From NCBI GenBank assembly GCA_034429075.1, contig DAOUGO010000151.1:2020-66019 (forward strand): a DNA stretch of 64,000 nt, in the 5' to 3' direction. Positions 45,249-55,987 of the stretch are shown here, one piece after another; positions within the stretch are counted from its first letter, which is position 1; each line of letters begins with the position of its first letter. A program made the translations under genes and the position numbers. The notes beneath the pieces are model-generated. The model saw only the letters and a list, made by a program, of their open reading frames with translations. It made no database searches and was not told the origin of the DNA. The DNA is from Chloroflexota bacterium. Lineage in GTDB: Bacteria; Chloroflexota; UBA6077; FW602-bin22; CADDYW01.

Positions 45249-46199
45249 CTAGCGCGGACTCACGTACAGCGCGATGATGAAGAGGGCATTATTCATCACG
45301 TGTGCGACCATGGAGGGTACGAGACTGCCAGTCCTCCAGTATACGAAGGCAAAGATGCTTCCGATAAGGAGAATGGGAACGAAGGCCGCGAGATTGAGGT
45401 GAGCCAGCGCGAAGAGGATACTGCTGAGGGCGAGGGCCGGACCGACGCCGTAGGTGCGGCAGGCCGCGGTAAAGATATAACCGCGAAAAAAGATCTCCTC
45501 GCAGATCGGACCGATGATCGCGGCGGCCAGGAAAACCCCGACGAACTGAGGGAAGCTGGCATTGAGCACTCCCCGGAACATCTCTTCCTGCGTCTGATGA
45601 ATCCCGAACCGCTGAAGGATCTGCGCCACGGCCAGCGACCCGATGATGACAATAATCCCAACCCCCACTCCCTGACGCAGGTGCCGCAGGAAGTGAGTGG
45701 CATCCAGCCCCATCTGTCTCCAGGATAGCACGCGCGGACGCACAATGCGCACGTAGACAACGCCGAGAAACGATCCATCGAGGGCCAGGACTGACAGCAC
45801 CAGCTCCCCCGGCGTGAGAACCATCGGCTGGCCGCCTCGGCCCTGCGCGGTCACCAGCAGGGCATACGGCAGGGTCAGCAGGTTTGCCACGATCACCGCG
45901 GTGATCAGGCACGCCAGGATCGTTCCGACCGAGCCGTAGCCGCGTCGGGCATTCTGGTAGGAGAGTGAGTTGACAATCACGTACGCCACTACCCCACTGC
46001 CCGCGCAGAGCAGGCCTGCCGCGGCCATGGCCAGCAACAGCAGAAACGTCGGCCGCGCCTGGCTAGCCGCGAGCAACATTCGCAGGTTGGGCCCCGCCAG
46101 CATGACCAGCCGAGCGGCGCTGACCACCCCGGGGGCGGCCAGCGCCAGCCCGACGATAATGAGCCAGACCGGCCAGGACAGACGGGGAATTCCGCGCAC
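45249..46199 (-). CDS. CPBP-family intramembrane glutamic endopeptidase (CAAX protease-like).
   Basis: Motif 1 ICEEIFFRGY and motif 2 SSILFALAHL, on a multi-TM body. Confidence 0.85.
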   Translation of the reverse strand: MRGIPRLSWPVWLIIVGLALAAPGVVSAARLVMLAGPNLRMLLAASQARPTFLLLLAMAAAGLLCAGSGVVAYVIVNSLSYQNARRGYGSVGTILACLITAVIVANLLTLPYALLVTAQGRGGQPMVLTPGELVLSVLALDGSFLGVVYVRIVRPRVLSWRQMGLDATHFLRHLRQGVGVGIIVIIGSLAVAQILQRFGIHQTQEEMFRGVLNASFPQFVGVFLAAAIIGPICEEIFFRGYIFTAACRTYGVGPALALSSILFALAHLNLAAFVPILLIGSIFAFVYWRTGSLVPSMVAHVMNNALFIIALYVSPR

Positions 46200-46208
46200 C
46201 GGCGGTGA

Positions 46209-48866
46209 TCAGACCCCCACCGGCACGCGCTCCGCGAGGACTGCCTGAGCCGCGGCAAGCCGCGCGATCGGCACCCGATACGGCGAGGCACTCACGTAGT
46301 TCAGGCCGATCCGATGGCAGAAGGCCACCGTACTCGGCTCTCCCCCGTGCTCACCGCAGATGCCCAGCTCGATATCCGGTCGAGTCTGGCGACCCGCCTC
46401 GACCGCCAGCTTCATCAACTTGCCGACGCCAGCCTGATCCAGGACCTGGAAGGGATTGGCGGGCAGGATCTTCCGCTCAACGTACTGGAGCAAGAACTTC
46501 CCCTCGGCATCGTCACGGCTGATGGCGAATGTAGTCTGGGTCAGGTCATTCGTGCCGAAGCTGAAGAACTCGGCATATTCGGCAATCTCGTCGGCGGTCA
46601 GCGCGGCGCGCGGTACCTCGATCATCGTCCCAAACTTGTACGGGATCCGAATCCCCGCCTCCTGCATGACCTCCTCAGCTACCTTCTCCAGCTGCTCGCG
46701 GACGATCTTCAGCTCGTTGACGTGGCCGACCAGCGGAATCATGATCTCCGGGCGGACGTCGACACCCTCACGCTTCACCTCGACTGCCGCCTGGAAGATC
46801 GCCCGCACCTGCATCGCGTTGACCTCGGGGAACATCAGCCCGAGCCGGCAGCCGCGCAGCCCCAGCATCGGGTTGGCCTCCCGCATGGCCGCCACGGCCT
46901 TGAGAAGCTCCTCTTTCCGCTCGATCTCTGGCGTCCGAACACCTTTCGCCCGGGCCTCGGTGACCTCGACAAGGAGTTCCTCATAATCCGGCAGGAACTC
47001 GTGAAGGGGCGGATCGAGCAGGCGGATCACCACCGGCAGGCCGTCCATGACCCGGAAGATGCCGATGAAATCGTTCTTCTGGAAAACGAGCAGACGATCG
47101 AGCGCGGCCTTCCGCGTCGCCTCGTCGCGGGCGAGGATCATCTCCTGCATAATCGGCAGGCGGTCGGTTTCGAAGAACATATGCTCGGTGCGGCACAGCC
47201 CGATGCCCTGCGCACCATTCCGTCGGGCGATCTCGGCATCCCGCGGGTAGTCCGCGTTCGCCCAGACCTGGAGGCGGCGGATCGAGTCCGCGTAGCCGAG
47301 AAGCGCCTGAAGCTCAGGGGTCATCTCCGGCTCGATCATCGGCACAGCGCCCTGGATAACCTCGCCAGTACTGCCGTTGATCGAGATGACATCCCCTTCC
47401 TTCACGACAATGCCGTCAGCCACGAACTCGCGCCGCTCCAGATCAATCTTGAGCGTCTCGGTCCCCGCGACGCACGGCTTGCCGATACTGCGCGCGACCA
47501 CGGCCGCGTGGCTGGTCGCTCCACCGCGTGCGGTCAGGATGCCCTGAGCGACGATCATCCCGTGCACATCGTCCGGGCTCGTCTCCGGCCGCACCAGGAT
47601 CACCTTCTCCCCGTTTTTACTCCAGGCGACCGCTGTATCGGCGTCGAAGACAACCTTACCACTCGCCGCGCCCGGCGAGGCGTTCAAGCCGCGGGCGATG
47701 ACGTGGACCTTTGCCGAAGGGTCAATCTGCCGGTGGAGTAGCTGCTCGACCTGTCCGGGCTCGATGCGCTGGACTGCTTCCTCTTTGGTAATCAGCCCCT
47801 CGTTGACCATATCCACCGCGATCTTGACCGCAGCGGTCGCACTCCGCTTCCCCGACCGCGTCTGGAGCATATAAAGCTTGCCGTTCTCGACGGTGAACTC
47901 GAGGTCCTGCATATCGCGATAGTGACGCTCGAGGAGATCGGCGTAGCGCTTGAACTCCTGATACACTGACGGCCATTCCTGGGCCATCATCGCGATCGGG
48001 TGCGGCGTTCGGATGCCGGCGACCACGTCCTCCCCCTGAGCATTCGGGAGATACTCGCCGTACAGCTCCCGCTCACCGGTGTTCGGGTTCCGGGTGAAGG
48101 CCACGCCAGTGCCCGAATCCGGCCCCATATTGCCAAAGACCATCGTCTGCACATTGACCGCTGTGCCGAGGTCGTGCGGGATCTTGTGGAAATCGCGATA
48201 GGTAATCGCCCGGGCGCTATTCCAGGACCGGAACACCGCGCGAATCGCCAGTCGGAGCTGCTCATAGGGATCGGTTGGGAACTCCGCGCCGGTCTCGCGC
48301 CGTACGAGCTCCATGAATTCCTCGGCCACCGCCTTGAGGTCGTCCGCACTCAGATCGGTATCGAGCCGGGCGCCAACCATCTGCTTGCGCCGCTCGAGAA
48401 TCTCCTCGAACTTTTCCGCATCGACATCCAGCACGATCTTGCCGAACATCTGGATGAAGCGGCGGTAGGCATCATAACCAAAGCGCGGGTTGTTCGTGCG
48501 CGCGATTAGCCCCTGGAGCGTTTCTGCATTCAGCCCGAGGTTGAGCACCGTATCCATCATGCCCGGCATTGAGATGCGCGCGCCGGAGCGGACCGAGACA
48601 AGGAGCGGATTATTAGGATCGCCGAACTTCTTGCCCGTCTTCGCTTCGAGTGCATGGAGCGCATCGATCACCTGTTCCCACAGTCCCTCGGGAAACTGTT
48701 CGCCCGCCGCATAGTAAGCATTGCAGGCCGCGGTCGTGATCGTGAAGCCGGGCGGCACGGGGAGCCCAGCACGGGTCATCTCGGCAGCCCCGGCCCCCTT
48801 TCCCCCGAGCAGGTCGCGCATCTGCGCACTGCCTTCTTCAAACGCATAGACCCACTTTGTCGCCAT
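46209..48866 (-). CDS. ppdK: Pyruvate, phosphate dikinase.
   Basis: MATKWVYAFEEGSAQMRDLLGGKGAGAAEM, the phospho-His loop RGGATSHAAVVAR, and the PEP/pyruvate domain GICGEHGGEP. ATG 48866 is preceded by GGAGAGGAGG. Confidence 0.95.
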   Translation of the reverse strand: MATKWVYAFEEGSAQMRDLLGGKGAGAAEMTRAGLPVPPGFTITTAACNAYYAAGEQFPEGLWEQVIDALHALEAKTGKKFGDPNNPLLVSVRSGARISMPGMMDTVLNLGLNAETLQGLIARTNNPRFGYDAYRRFIQMFGKIVLDVDAEKFEEILERRKQMVGARLDTDLSADDLKAVAEEFMELVRRETGAEFPTDPYEQLRLAIRAVFRSWNSARAITYRDFHKIPHDLGTAVNVQTMVFGNMGPDSGTGVAFTRNPNTGERELYGEYLPNAQGEDVVAGIRTPHPIAMMAQEWPSVYQEFKRYADLLERHYRDMQDLEFTVENGKLYMLQTRSGKRSATAAVKIAVDMVNEGLITKEEAVQRIEPGQVEQLLHRQIDPSAKVHVIARGLNASPGAASGKVVFDADTAVAWSKNGEKVILVRPETSPDDVHGMIVAQGILTARGGATSHAAVVARSIGKPCVAGTETLKIDLERREFVADGIVVKEGDVISINGSTGEVIQGAVPMIEPEMTPELQALLGYADSIRRLQVWANADYPRDAEIARRNGAQGIGLCRTEHMFFETDRLPIMQEMILARDEATRKAALDRLLVFQKNDFIGIFRVMDGLPVVIRLLDPPLHEFLPDYEELLVEVTEARAKGVRTPEIERKEELLKAVAAMREANPMLGLRGCRLGLMFPEVNAMQVRAIFQAAVEVKREGVDVRPEIMIPLVGHVNELKIVREQLEKVAEEVMQEAGIRIPYKFGTMIEVPRAALTADEIAEYAEFFSFGTNDLTQTTFAISRDDAEGKFLLQYVERKILPANPFQVLDQAGVGKLMKLAVEAGRQTRPDIELGICGEHGGEPSTVAFCHRIGLNYVSASPYRVPIARLAAAQAVLAERVPVGV

Positions 48867-48929
48867 GTCTCGGGAAAAACCTCCTCTCCGTGGGTGCATC
48901 ACGCCAGCTTATGATCTCAACGGCGTTAG

Positions 48930-48938
48930 ATTATAGCA
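48930..48938 (-). promoter_or_regulatory. Putative extended -10 promoter (TGCTATAAT) for ppdK and the genes downstream of it.
   Basis: The minus strand reads gcgTGCTATAATcta, about 65 nt upstream of the ppdK ATG. It is the same 9-mer as upstream of the glycan operon. Confidence 0.35.
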
Positions 48939-49010
48939 CGCGCCGCAGAGCCGACCGCTGGCACGCTTCCCCTGCTGTATCCCTCGCCCGATCCCGCGGT
49001 GCCCCGCGGT

Positions 49011-49775
49011 CTATCCCCGGATGAAGAAATACACCGTCAGAACAATGCCGACCACGCTGACGAAGCGGCGAACCAGGAGCGGATTCAACTGCCGCGCGAT
49101 GTGCGCCCCACCATACCCCCCGGTGATCGCGCCGACCAGCATAACCAGGGCCTGGGGCCAGGCCACCGCCCCAGCGGCGATAAACGTAACCACCGCCACG
49201 CCATTGATGCAGGTGGCCAGAAGCGTCTTCAGGGCGTTCATCTCGTGGATGTTCTCCATGCCGGCCAGGGCTAGCGCCGCCAGCATCAGGATGCCGATCC
49301 CGCCACCAAAATATCCGCCATAGGTCGCGATGATCAGCTGAATGAACGCCAGGGCGCCCGTGATGACCCAGGGAGCCATCTCCATTTTCTCCACCCGGCG
49401 GCGCAGGCCAGCGGTCAGCGAGCCGCCGAAGGTGAACAGCAGGGTTGCCACGAGCAGAAGGAAAGGGATGAGCCGGACGAACGTCGCCGGCGGGGTGTGG
49501 AGCAGGAGCTCCGCCCCGAGCAGGCCGCCGACCAGACTGGAAAGGCCCAGGAGAAAGAGCCCCGGCCAGGGGCGGAACTCTCGTCGATAGGCTCCGACGC
49601 TTGCGACCGAGCCTGGCCACAGCGCGACTGTGCTGGTCGCGTTCGCCGTAATCGCCGGCACGCCCGTGAAAATCAGGGTGGGAAACGATATAAAGCTCCC
49701 CCCACCGGCCACTGAGTTCAGCGCTCCAGCGAGGACGGCGGCAAGGAAAAGGATCACAGCCTGTAGAAGGGTCAT
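49011..49775 (-). CDS. TauE/SafE-family (sulfite-exporter-like) integral membrane protein.
   Basis: [36 protein letters not shown] and a second internal-repeat half [16 protein letters not shown]. The ATG overlaps the trpA stop by 4 nt. Confidence 0.85.
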   Translation of the reverse strand: MTLLQAVILFLAAVLAGALNSVAGGGSFISFPTLIFTGVPAITANATSTVALWPGSVASVGAYRREFRPWPGLFLLGLSSLVGGLLGAELLLHTPPATFVRLIPFLLLVATLLFTFGGSLTAGLRRRVEKMEMAPWVITGALAFIQLIIATYGGYFGGGIGILMLAALALAGMENIHEMNALKTLLATCINGVAVVTFIAAGAVAWPQALVMLVGAITGGYGGAHIARQLNPLLVRRFVSVVGIVLTVYFFIRG

Positions 49776-50590
49776 GGGCGGACTGCCTCCGTGGCAAGGT
49801 CGCGAATGAAGGCGGCGGCCCCGGCAACCTGCTCCGCACGCGGGAGCGCATCCAGACGATCGATCAGCGCGCTGGCAACGATCGCTCCATCAGCATATCG
49901 GGCGATCTGCCGCACGTGCTCCGGACGACTGATCCCGAAGCCAACGGCCAGGGGAAGTGAGGTAACCCGGCGCACCCGCGTCAGATAGTCCGCCAGACCG
50001 GATGCGAGATGGGCCCGGGCGCCGGTCACCCCGGCAAGGGAGACACAGTAGAGGAAGCCAGTTGCCGCCGCCGCGACCAGCCGCAGGCGCTCGTCGGTCG
50101 AGGTCGGCGCAACGAGAAAGATCAGGTCGAGCGCGTTGGCTCGAGCGGCCCCCCGCAGTTCATCCGCCTCTTCCGGCGGCAGATCAGGCACGATCAGACC
50201 ATCGGCACCCGCCGCGGCCGCCTGCCGGCAGAAACGTTCCGGCCCGAAGCGAGCGATCGGATTGTAGTAGCTCATGAGGAGAATCGGCGCATCGACCGCA
50301 CGGCGGATCGCCGATGCCACCTCGAGGCAGAGCGCGGGGGTCACCCCGTTTTCAAGCGCTACGTGAGTGGCACGCTGGATGGTCGCCCCATCGGCGAGCG
50401 GATCCGAGTATGGAATACCCAGCTCGAAGAGGTCGGCACCGGCTCTGGCGAGCGCGGGAGCGAGGGCCACTGTCGTCTCAACATCCGGATAGCCGACCGG
50501 CAGGTATGGCATCAGCGCAATCCGTCCCTGGGCCTGCGTCCGCGCGAACGCCTGTCCGATCCGTCCCCCTATCCCATTCCTTGCGCTCAT
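49772..50590 (-). CDS. trpA: Tryptophan synthase alpha chain.
   Basis: [11 protein letters not shown].., [17 protein letters not shown], and [13 protein letters not shown]. Confidence 0.95.
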   Translation of the reverse strand: MSARNGIGGRIGQAFARTQAQGRIALMPYLPVGYPDVETTVALAPALARAGADLFELGIPYSDPLADGATIQRATHVALENGVTPALCLEVASAIRRAVDAPILLMSYYNPIARFGPERFCRQAAAAGADGLIVPDLPPEEADELRGAARANALDLIFLVAPTSTDERLRLVAAAATGFLYCVSLAGVTGARAHLASGLADYLTRVRRVTSLPLAVGFGISRPEHVRQIARYADGAIVASALIDRLDALPRAEQVAGAAAFIRDLATEAVRP

Positions 50591-51795
50591 TCCAGCGTCA
50601 CCCCGAGCGCCCGTGCCACGGTTTCCATATCCTTATCGCCGCGTCCGGACAGGTTGACCAGGACAACACGATTAGAAGGCAGCACGCGAGCGATCTCAGC
50701 CGCCTGCCAGATCGCGTGGGCCGATTCCAGAGCGGGGATGATTCCCTCGGTCTCGCAAAGGAGCCGAAAGCCAGCCAGGGCCTGCTCGTCAGTCACTGCG
50801 ACGTACTCGGCCCGGCCGCTGTCTTTCAAGAAGCTGTGCTCTGGCCCGACGCCAGGGTAGTCCAGGCCAGCTGAGATGCTGTGAGTCTCACGAATCTGTC
50901 CGTGCTCGTCCTGCAGTACATAGGAGCGAGCCCCGTGCAGCACCCCGACCGAACCGGCCGCGAGCGTCGCCGCGTGCCGTCCCGTCTCCAGCCCGCACCC
51001 GGCCGCCTCGACACCAACGAGGCGCACACCCCGATCCTCCAGGAAGGGATGAAAGATGCCGATGGCGTTACTGCCGCCACCGACGCAGGCGACGATGCAG
51101 TCGGGCAGACGTCCCTCGGCCGTGAGGATCTGGGCTCGCGCCTCCCGTCCGATGACCGCCTGAAAATCCCGAACCATTGTCGGATACGGATGGGGGCCGA
51201 CGACCGAACCGATCAGGTAGTGGGTCGTTGCCACGTTCGTGACCCAATCGCGAATCGCCTCGTTGATCGCGTCCTTCAGCGTGCGGCTGCCGCCGGTGAC
51301 CGCCCGTACCTCAGCGCCCAGCAGGCGCATGCGGAAGACGTTAAGCGCCTGCCGCCGCATATCCTCCGCGCCCATGTAGACCGTGGTTTCGAGCTTGAGC
51401 ATAGCCCCGACGGCGGCGGTCGCGACGCCGTGCTGGCCGGCACCGGTCTCGGCGATGATCCGCCGCTTGCCCATGCGGGCCGCTAGCAGGGCCTGCCCGA
51501 GAGCATTATTGATCTTGTGCGCGCCGGTATGCGCCAGATCCTCACGTTTGAGGTAGATCTTCGCCCCGCCGATGCGCTCGGTGAGCGCCCGCGCGAAGTA
51601 CAGTGGCGTTGGACGTCCGACGTAGTCGCGAAGATACCGATCGAGCCGCTCCTGGAAGGCGGCATCCTCCCGCGCGGCATTATAGGCCGCCTCGAGCTCT
51701 TCCAGGGCGGGCATGATCGTCTCTGGCACGAACTGCCCGCCATAGATGCCAAAGCGCCCCCGCGGCCTGATATCAAGCCTCATGCCGCCCTCCAC
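50587..51795 (-). CDS. trpB: Tryptophan synthase beta chain.
   Basis: [11 protein letters not shown], the PLP-lysine motif [11 protein letters not shown], and GGGSNAIG. Confidence 0.95.
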   Translation of the reverse strand: MEGGMRLDIRPRGRFGIYGGQFVPETIMPALEELEAAYNAAREDAAFQERLDRYLRDYVGRPTPLYFARALTERIGGAKIYLKREDLAHTGAHKINNALGQALLAARMGKRRIIAETGAGQHGVATAAVGAMLKLETTVYMGAEDMRRQALNVFRMRLLGAEVRAVTGGSRTLKDAINEAIRDWVTNVATTHYLIGSVVGPHPYPTMVRDFQAVIGREARAQILTAEGRLPDCIVACVGGGSNAIGIFHPFLEDRGVRLVGVEAAGCGLETGRHAATLAAGSVGVLHGARSYVLQDEHGQIRETHSISAGLDYPGVGPEHSFLKDSGRAEYVAVTDEQALAGFRLLCETEGIIPALESAHAIWQAAEIARVLPSNRVVLVNLSGRGDKDMETVARALGVTLE

Positions 51796-52429
51796 CAGCT
51801 ATTCCGTGGTCGAGCGCCAGACTGCACGTCTTCGCTGCCGAGACAAAGGCGGCAATCTTCCGAATATCCTTCTGACCATTCGTTTCGACCCCACTGCTCA
51901 CATCCACCCCCCAGGGACGGGCGATCTGAATGGCCTGCACGACGTTCTCCGGTGTAAGACCGCCCGCCAGCATCACGGTATAACGCTCCGTCACCGGCCG
52001 CGCCAGCTGCCAGTCAAAGGAAGCACCGGTTCCACCGTGCGCGCCGGGCTGAAAGCCCTCGAGGATGAACCAGGCGACAACGCCCGCATAGCGAGCGACT
52101 TCCTCAATGATATCCGGTCCCCGGACCTTCAGGCTCTTAATCACCGGGCGGCCAAGCTGCCCGCACAGCTCCGGCGGCTCATCGCCGCAGAGCTGGATGT
52201 AATCCAGACGGCAGGCATCAGCGATAGCCCGAATCCGGGACGGCTCCTCATCGACAAAGACACCCACCGTGCCCACGGACGAGGGAAGCTCCCGAATGAT
52301 TGCCGCTGCAAGCTCCGGCGGCACCTGGCGCCGCGTCGGGGCAAAGACGAAGCCGACCAGATCCGCCCCCGCGTCGACGGCGCCACGGGCGCTCGCGACG
52401 TCCCGAATGCCGCAAATCTTGACCTTCAT
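51773..52429 (-). CDS. trpF: N-(5'-phosphoribosyl)anthranilate isomerase.
   Basis: MKVKICGI.., GADLVGFVF, and [10 protein letters not shown]. The start overlaps the trpS stop by 4 nt. Confidence 0.9.
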   Translation of the reverse strand: MKVKICGIRDVASARGAVDAGADLVGFVFAPTRRQVPPELAAAIIRELPSSVGTVGVFVDEEPSRIRAIADACRLDYIQLCGDEPPELCGQLGRPVIKSLKVRGPDIIEEVARYAGVVAWFILEGFQPGAHGGTGASFDWQLARPVTERYTVMLAGGLTPENVVQAIQIARPWGVDVSSGVETNGQKDIRKIAAFVSAAKTCSLALDHGIAGGGRHEA

Positions 52430-53442
52430 GGACAGCCTCGCCGGAGCAGTCCCATCTTCTCCTGCACCTCGGCCAGCTTCCGGGATGCCACTGCCTCAGC
52501 GCGCTCCGCTCCCTCAGCCAGCACGCGCTCGATCGCCGCAAGGCCTTCCTCTTCCTGCTGGCGGTAACGCTTCTGAATCGGCTCCAGGGTCGCGATGACG
52601 GCGTCCGCTACATCATTCTTAAAGCGAGCATAGCCGTCATACTGGCCGGCGATCTCCTCCAGCGAGCGTCCGGTGCACAGCGACATGATCACCATGAGAT
52701 TGGCGATGCCTGGCTTCTCCTCCGGATCGTACCGAACCTCGCGCCCGGCATCTGTCGTGGCACGGCGAATCTTGGCACGCACCACATCTGGCGGATCGGT
52801 AAGCAGGATGTAGCTGTCTGGTTCGTCGTCCGACTTTGCCATCTTCTTCGTCGGATCGGTCAGACTCATGATCCGGCCGCCTGCCTGACGCGGGGGAATA
52901 TACGGCTCCGGGACAACAAAGGTAGGGCCGAATCGGTTATTAAAGCGCTGGGCGACGTCGCGGCAGAGCTCGAGGTGCTGCTTTTGATCCTCACCGACCG
53001 GAACGTGCGTCGCATCGTAGAGGAGGATATCCGCCGCCATCAGGACTGGATAGGTCATCAGGCCAGTTGTGACCACTTCGTGCTGGCGCGACTTCTCTTT
53101 GAACTGGGTCATCCGCCGGAGCTCACCGACGTAGGTCATGCACTCCAGCAGCCAGGAGAGCTGGGCGTGCGCCGGGACGTGGGACTGGATGAAGATCGTG
53201 CAGACCGTCGGGTCCAGGCCGCAGGCCATATAGAGCCGCGCCAGGTCCAGCGTCCACGCCCGGAGCTTCTCCGGGTCCTGGGGAACCGTCAGCGCGTGCA
53301 GATCGACCACGCAGAAATAGCACCGCGCACGGTGCTGGAGTTCGACGAAGTTCCGAATCGCTCCCAGGTAGTTACCGAGCGTGAGCCCCCCACTGGGCTT
53401 CACCCCCGAGAACACCACCATCTCGTGTCCACGATCGTGCAT
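52426..53442 (-). CDS. trpS: Tryptophanyl-tRNA synthetase.
   Basis: VFSGVKPSGGLTLGNYLGAIRNF (class I HIGH-region variant), GEDQKQHLEL, and the KMSKS-type KMAKSD. ATG 53442 is preceded by AGGGAGG at 5 nt. Confidence 0.95.
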   Translation of the reverse strand: MHDRGHEMVVFSGVKPSGGLTLGNYLGAIRNFVELQHRARCYFCVVDLHALTVPQDPEKLRAWTLDLARLYMACGLDPTVCTIFIQSHVPAHAQLSWLLECMTYVGELRRMTQFKEKSRQHEVVTTGLMTYPVLMAADILLYDATHVPVGEDQKQHLELCRDVAQRFNNRFGPTFVVPEPYIPPRQAGGRIMSLTDPTKKMAKSDDEPDSYILLTDPPDVVRAKIRRATTDAGREVRYDPEEKPGIANLMVIMSLCTGRSLEEIAGQYDGYARFKNDVADAVIATLEPIQKRYRQQEEEGLAAIERVLAEGAERAEAVASRKLAEVQEKMGLLRRGCP

Positions 53443-53505
53443 CACTGCCTCCCTGATTCTTGGTCGCGCTCCTCGTCCCCTTCCGCCATCAGACACCGCT
53501 GGCGG

Positions 53506-54333
53506 TTACCGGCAGGACCCCTGGCCGAGGAGTTCGCGGATCTTATCAGCCGGATCGGCGCTCGTCATCAGCGCCTCACCAACGTGAATCACCCGGATGC
53601 CCGCTGCTGCCAGCCGTTCCACATCAGAGCGGGTGTGGATGCCACTCTCGCTCACGATAATGCGATCAGACGGAATGAGTGGCCGCAGTCGCTCGGACGT
53701 GCTCAGATCCACGCGGAAACTGCGCAAATCCCGATTGTTGATGCCGAGAATGCGTGCCCCGGCCGCTAGGGCCCGCTCCACCTCGCGCTCGTCGTGAACC
53801 TCGACCTGCGGCTCCATGCCGAGTTCCCGCTGGAGCTGCAGAAGATCGGTCAGCTCGGCATCATCCAGAATGCCCACGATCAGGAGGGCCGAACTCGCCC
53901 CCGCAAGGGCCGCCTCGTACACCTGATAGGGATCGATGACGAAGTCCTTACGGAGCGTCGGGACCGGGCTGACCCGCGATACCTGTTCCAGGTCCTCCAG
54001 CGATCCCCCAAAGAAGCGCCGATCCGTCAATACGGAGATCGCGCTGGCACCTGCCGCAGCAAAGCATGCGGCCAGCACGGACGGCTCGGCGGCAGTCCGC
54101 AGGATCCCCTTGCTCGGCGACGCGCGTTTGATCTCGGCGATAATCCTGATTCCGTCACCACTCAACGCGCTCGCGTAATCCCGGCGGGGAGGAGCCTCTG
54201 CCAGGCGATCAATCAGCGACGAGAGAGGCCGCTGGCGCTTCGCCGCCGCCACTTCCTGCCGTGTGTGTTCTACGATTTCATCCAAGATCACGAGCCGACT
54301 CCCCATACCAGACTCGGGCAGCACCCCGGGCAC
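53506..54333 (-). CDS. trpC: Indole-3-glycerol phosphate synthase.
   Basis: ILDEIVEHTRQEV, IIAEIKRASPSKG, and GINNRDLRSF. The start is uncertain (GTG 54333 or ATG 54306). Confidence 0.95.
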   Translation of the reverse strand: MPGVLPESGMGSRLVILDEIVEHTRQEVAAAKRQRPLSSLIDRLAEAPPRRDYASALSGDGIRIIAEIKRASPSKGILRTAAEPSVLAACFAAAGASAISVLTDRRFFGGSLEDLEQVSRVSPVPTLRKDFVIDPYQVYEAALAGASSALLIVGILDDAELTDLLQLQRELGMEPQVEVHDEREVERALAAGARILGINNRDLRSFRVDLSTSERLRPLIPSDRIIVSESGIHTRSDVERLAAAGIRVIHVGEALMTSADPADKIRELLGQGSCR

Positions 54334-54389
54334 CCGCCATCGCCTGCCGGGGGCAGGCGCGCAGTATCCAGATCGCTCCGTTCCCCACC

Positions 54390-55415
54390 CTATGCACTCG
54401 CGGCGGCAAAACTGCGGGTCAGCGTGATCAACTGATCAAGGCGATCGGCGGCCGCCCCTGAATCAATTGCGCGAGCCGCTAGCTGAACTCCCTCGGCAAG
54501 ATCCTCGGCAAGGTCGCTTGCCACGAGAGCGGCCGCGGCATTGAGCAGGGTCACCGCACGCCGCGGCCCATTCGCCCCCTGGAGCACGGACCGGGTGATC
54601 GCCGCATTGGTCGCGGCATCCCCCCCGCGGATGTCCTCCGGGGAAGCCCGCTCGAAGCCGAGGTCTTCCGGCTGGATGATATACGATCGAATCTCCCCGT
54701 CGCGCACCTCGCTGACCATGGTGGGGGCACAGATCGAGATCTCATCGACACCGTCCTGCCCGTGAACGACCAGGGCATGGTGCGTATCCAGCAGGGTCAG
54801 GGCTTCAGCCATCCGGGTGACCAGGGTGGGCGAGGCAACGCCCAGCACCTGGGCGTGCGCACCCGCCGGATTCGTCAACGGGCCAAGGATGTTGAACACG
54901 GTCCGAATGCCGATTTCTCGACGCGGCCCGGCCGCGAACTTCATCGCGGGGTGAAAGAGCTGGGCAAACATGAAGCCGATGCCGATCTGCTCAAGACACG
55001 CCTCAACCTGGGACGGTCCCAGAGTGATGTTGACCCCCAGCGCCTCGAGGACGTCAGCGCTGCCACACAGGCTCGTCATCGAGCGATTGCCGTGCTTGGC
55101 CACGACGGCCCCGGCCCCCGCGGCGACAAAGGCCGCCGTTGTCGAGATATTGAACGTTCCGCGGCCGTCACCGCCGGTGCCGCAGGTATCGACGACCGGC
55201 CGTCGCGGGCAGACCGGGGTCGCCAGGCGGCGCATCACCGTTGCGAAGCCTGCAATCTCCTCTACCGTCTCCCCCTTCAGACGCAGCGCGGTTACCAGGG
55301 CGCCGAACTGGGCCGGCGTGGCCTGGCCGGTCATGATCTCCTCCATGACCGCGATCGCCTCATCACGCGTGAGATCAACGCCTGCGACAACCTTCTCTAT
55401 CGCTTCTCGAATCAC
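54390..55415 (-). CDS. trpD: Anthranilate phosphoribosyltransferase.
   Basis: [27 protein letters not shown], and [10 protein letters not shown]. Confidence 0.95.
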   Translation of the reverse strand: MIREAIEKVVAGVDLTRDEAIAVMEEIMTGQATPAQFGALVTALRLKGETVEEIAGFATVMRRLATPVCPRRPVVDTCGTGGDGRGTFNISTTAAFVAAGAGAVVAKHGNRSMTSLCGSADVLEALGVNITLGPSQVEACLEQIGIGFMFAQLFHPAMKFAAGPRREIGIRTVFNILGPLTNPAGAHAQVLGVASPTLVTRMAEALTLLDTHHALVVHGQDGVDEISICAPTMVSEVRDGEIRSYIIQPEDLGFERASPEDIRGGDAATNAAITRSVLQGANGPRRAVTLLNAAAALVASDLAEDLAEGVQLAARAIDSGAAADRLDQLITLTRSFAAASA

Positions 55416-55987
55416 GCGGCCCTCCCGATATCGAGGAAGTTTCGGAGCAGGTCCTTACCCACGGCAGTCATAATCGACTCGGGATGGAACTGCACCCCGT
55501 AGATCGGATATACGCGGTGACGCAGCCCCATGATCGTTCCGCTGGCGGTCTGGGCTGTCACCTCCAGACAGGACGGGAGCTCATGGCGGTCAACCACCAG
55601 CGAGTGATAGCGGACCGCCTCGAACGGGTTGGGCAGGCCTGCCAGAATCCCCTTACCGTCGTGGTAGACCAGCGAGGTCTTTCCGTGCATCAGCGTATCT
55701 GCATGGACAACTCGTCCCCCAAACGCTGCGCCAATGCACTGGTGGCCCAGGCACACCCCGAGCACGGGCACCTGCGGCCCGAAGGTTCGAATGACTTCCA
55801 CCGAGATGCCTGCGTCATCCGGGTCACCCGGCCCGGGCGAGATCACGATCTTTTCGGGCCGAAGCTGCTGGATCTCCGCGATCGTGATCTGATCGTTCCG
55901 CCGGACGAGCACCTCGGCTCCCAGCTCGCTCAGGTACTGGTAGAGGTTGTAGGTGAAGCTATCGTAGTTATCGATAAGTAACAGCAC
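55412..55987 (-). CDS. trpG: Anthranilate synthase component II (glutamine amidotransferase).
   Basis: [15 protein letters not shown], the catalytic Cys in [10 protein letters not shown], and the C-terminal GVQFHPES. Confidence 0.95.
   Translation of the reverse strand: MLLLIDNYDSFTYNLYQYLSELGAEVLVRRNDQITIAEIQQLRPEKIVISPGPGDPDDAGISVEVIRTFGPQVPVLGVCLGHQCIGAAFGGRVVHADTLMHGKTSLVYHDGKGILAGLPNPFEAVRYHSLVVDRHELPSCLEVTAQTASGTIMGLRHRVYPIYGVQFHPESIMTAVGKDLLRNFLDIGRAA

Noticed and set aside
54341-54362. A GC hairpin (CGCCTGCC-ggg-GGCAGGCG) between trpD and trpC, considered as a possible internal attenuator.
   Set aside because: It is short, has no U-tract, and lies in a 56 to 83-nt intercistronic spacer. 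It is more likely an mRNA-stability or processing element, or chance in GC-rich DNA.
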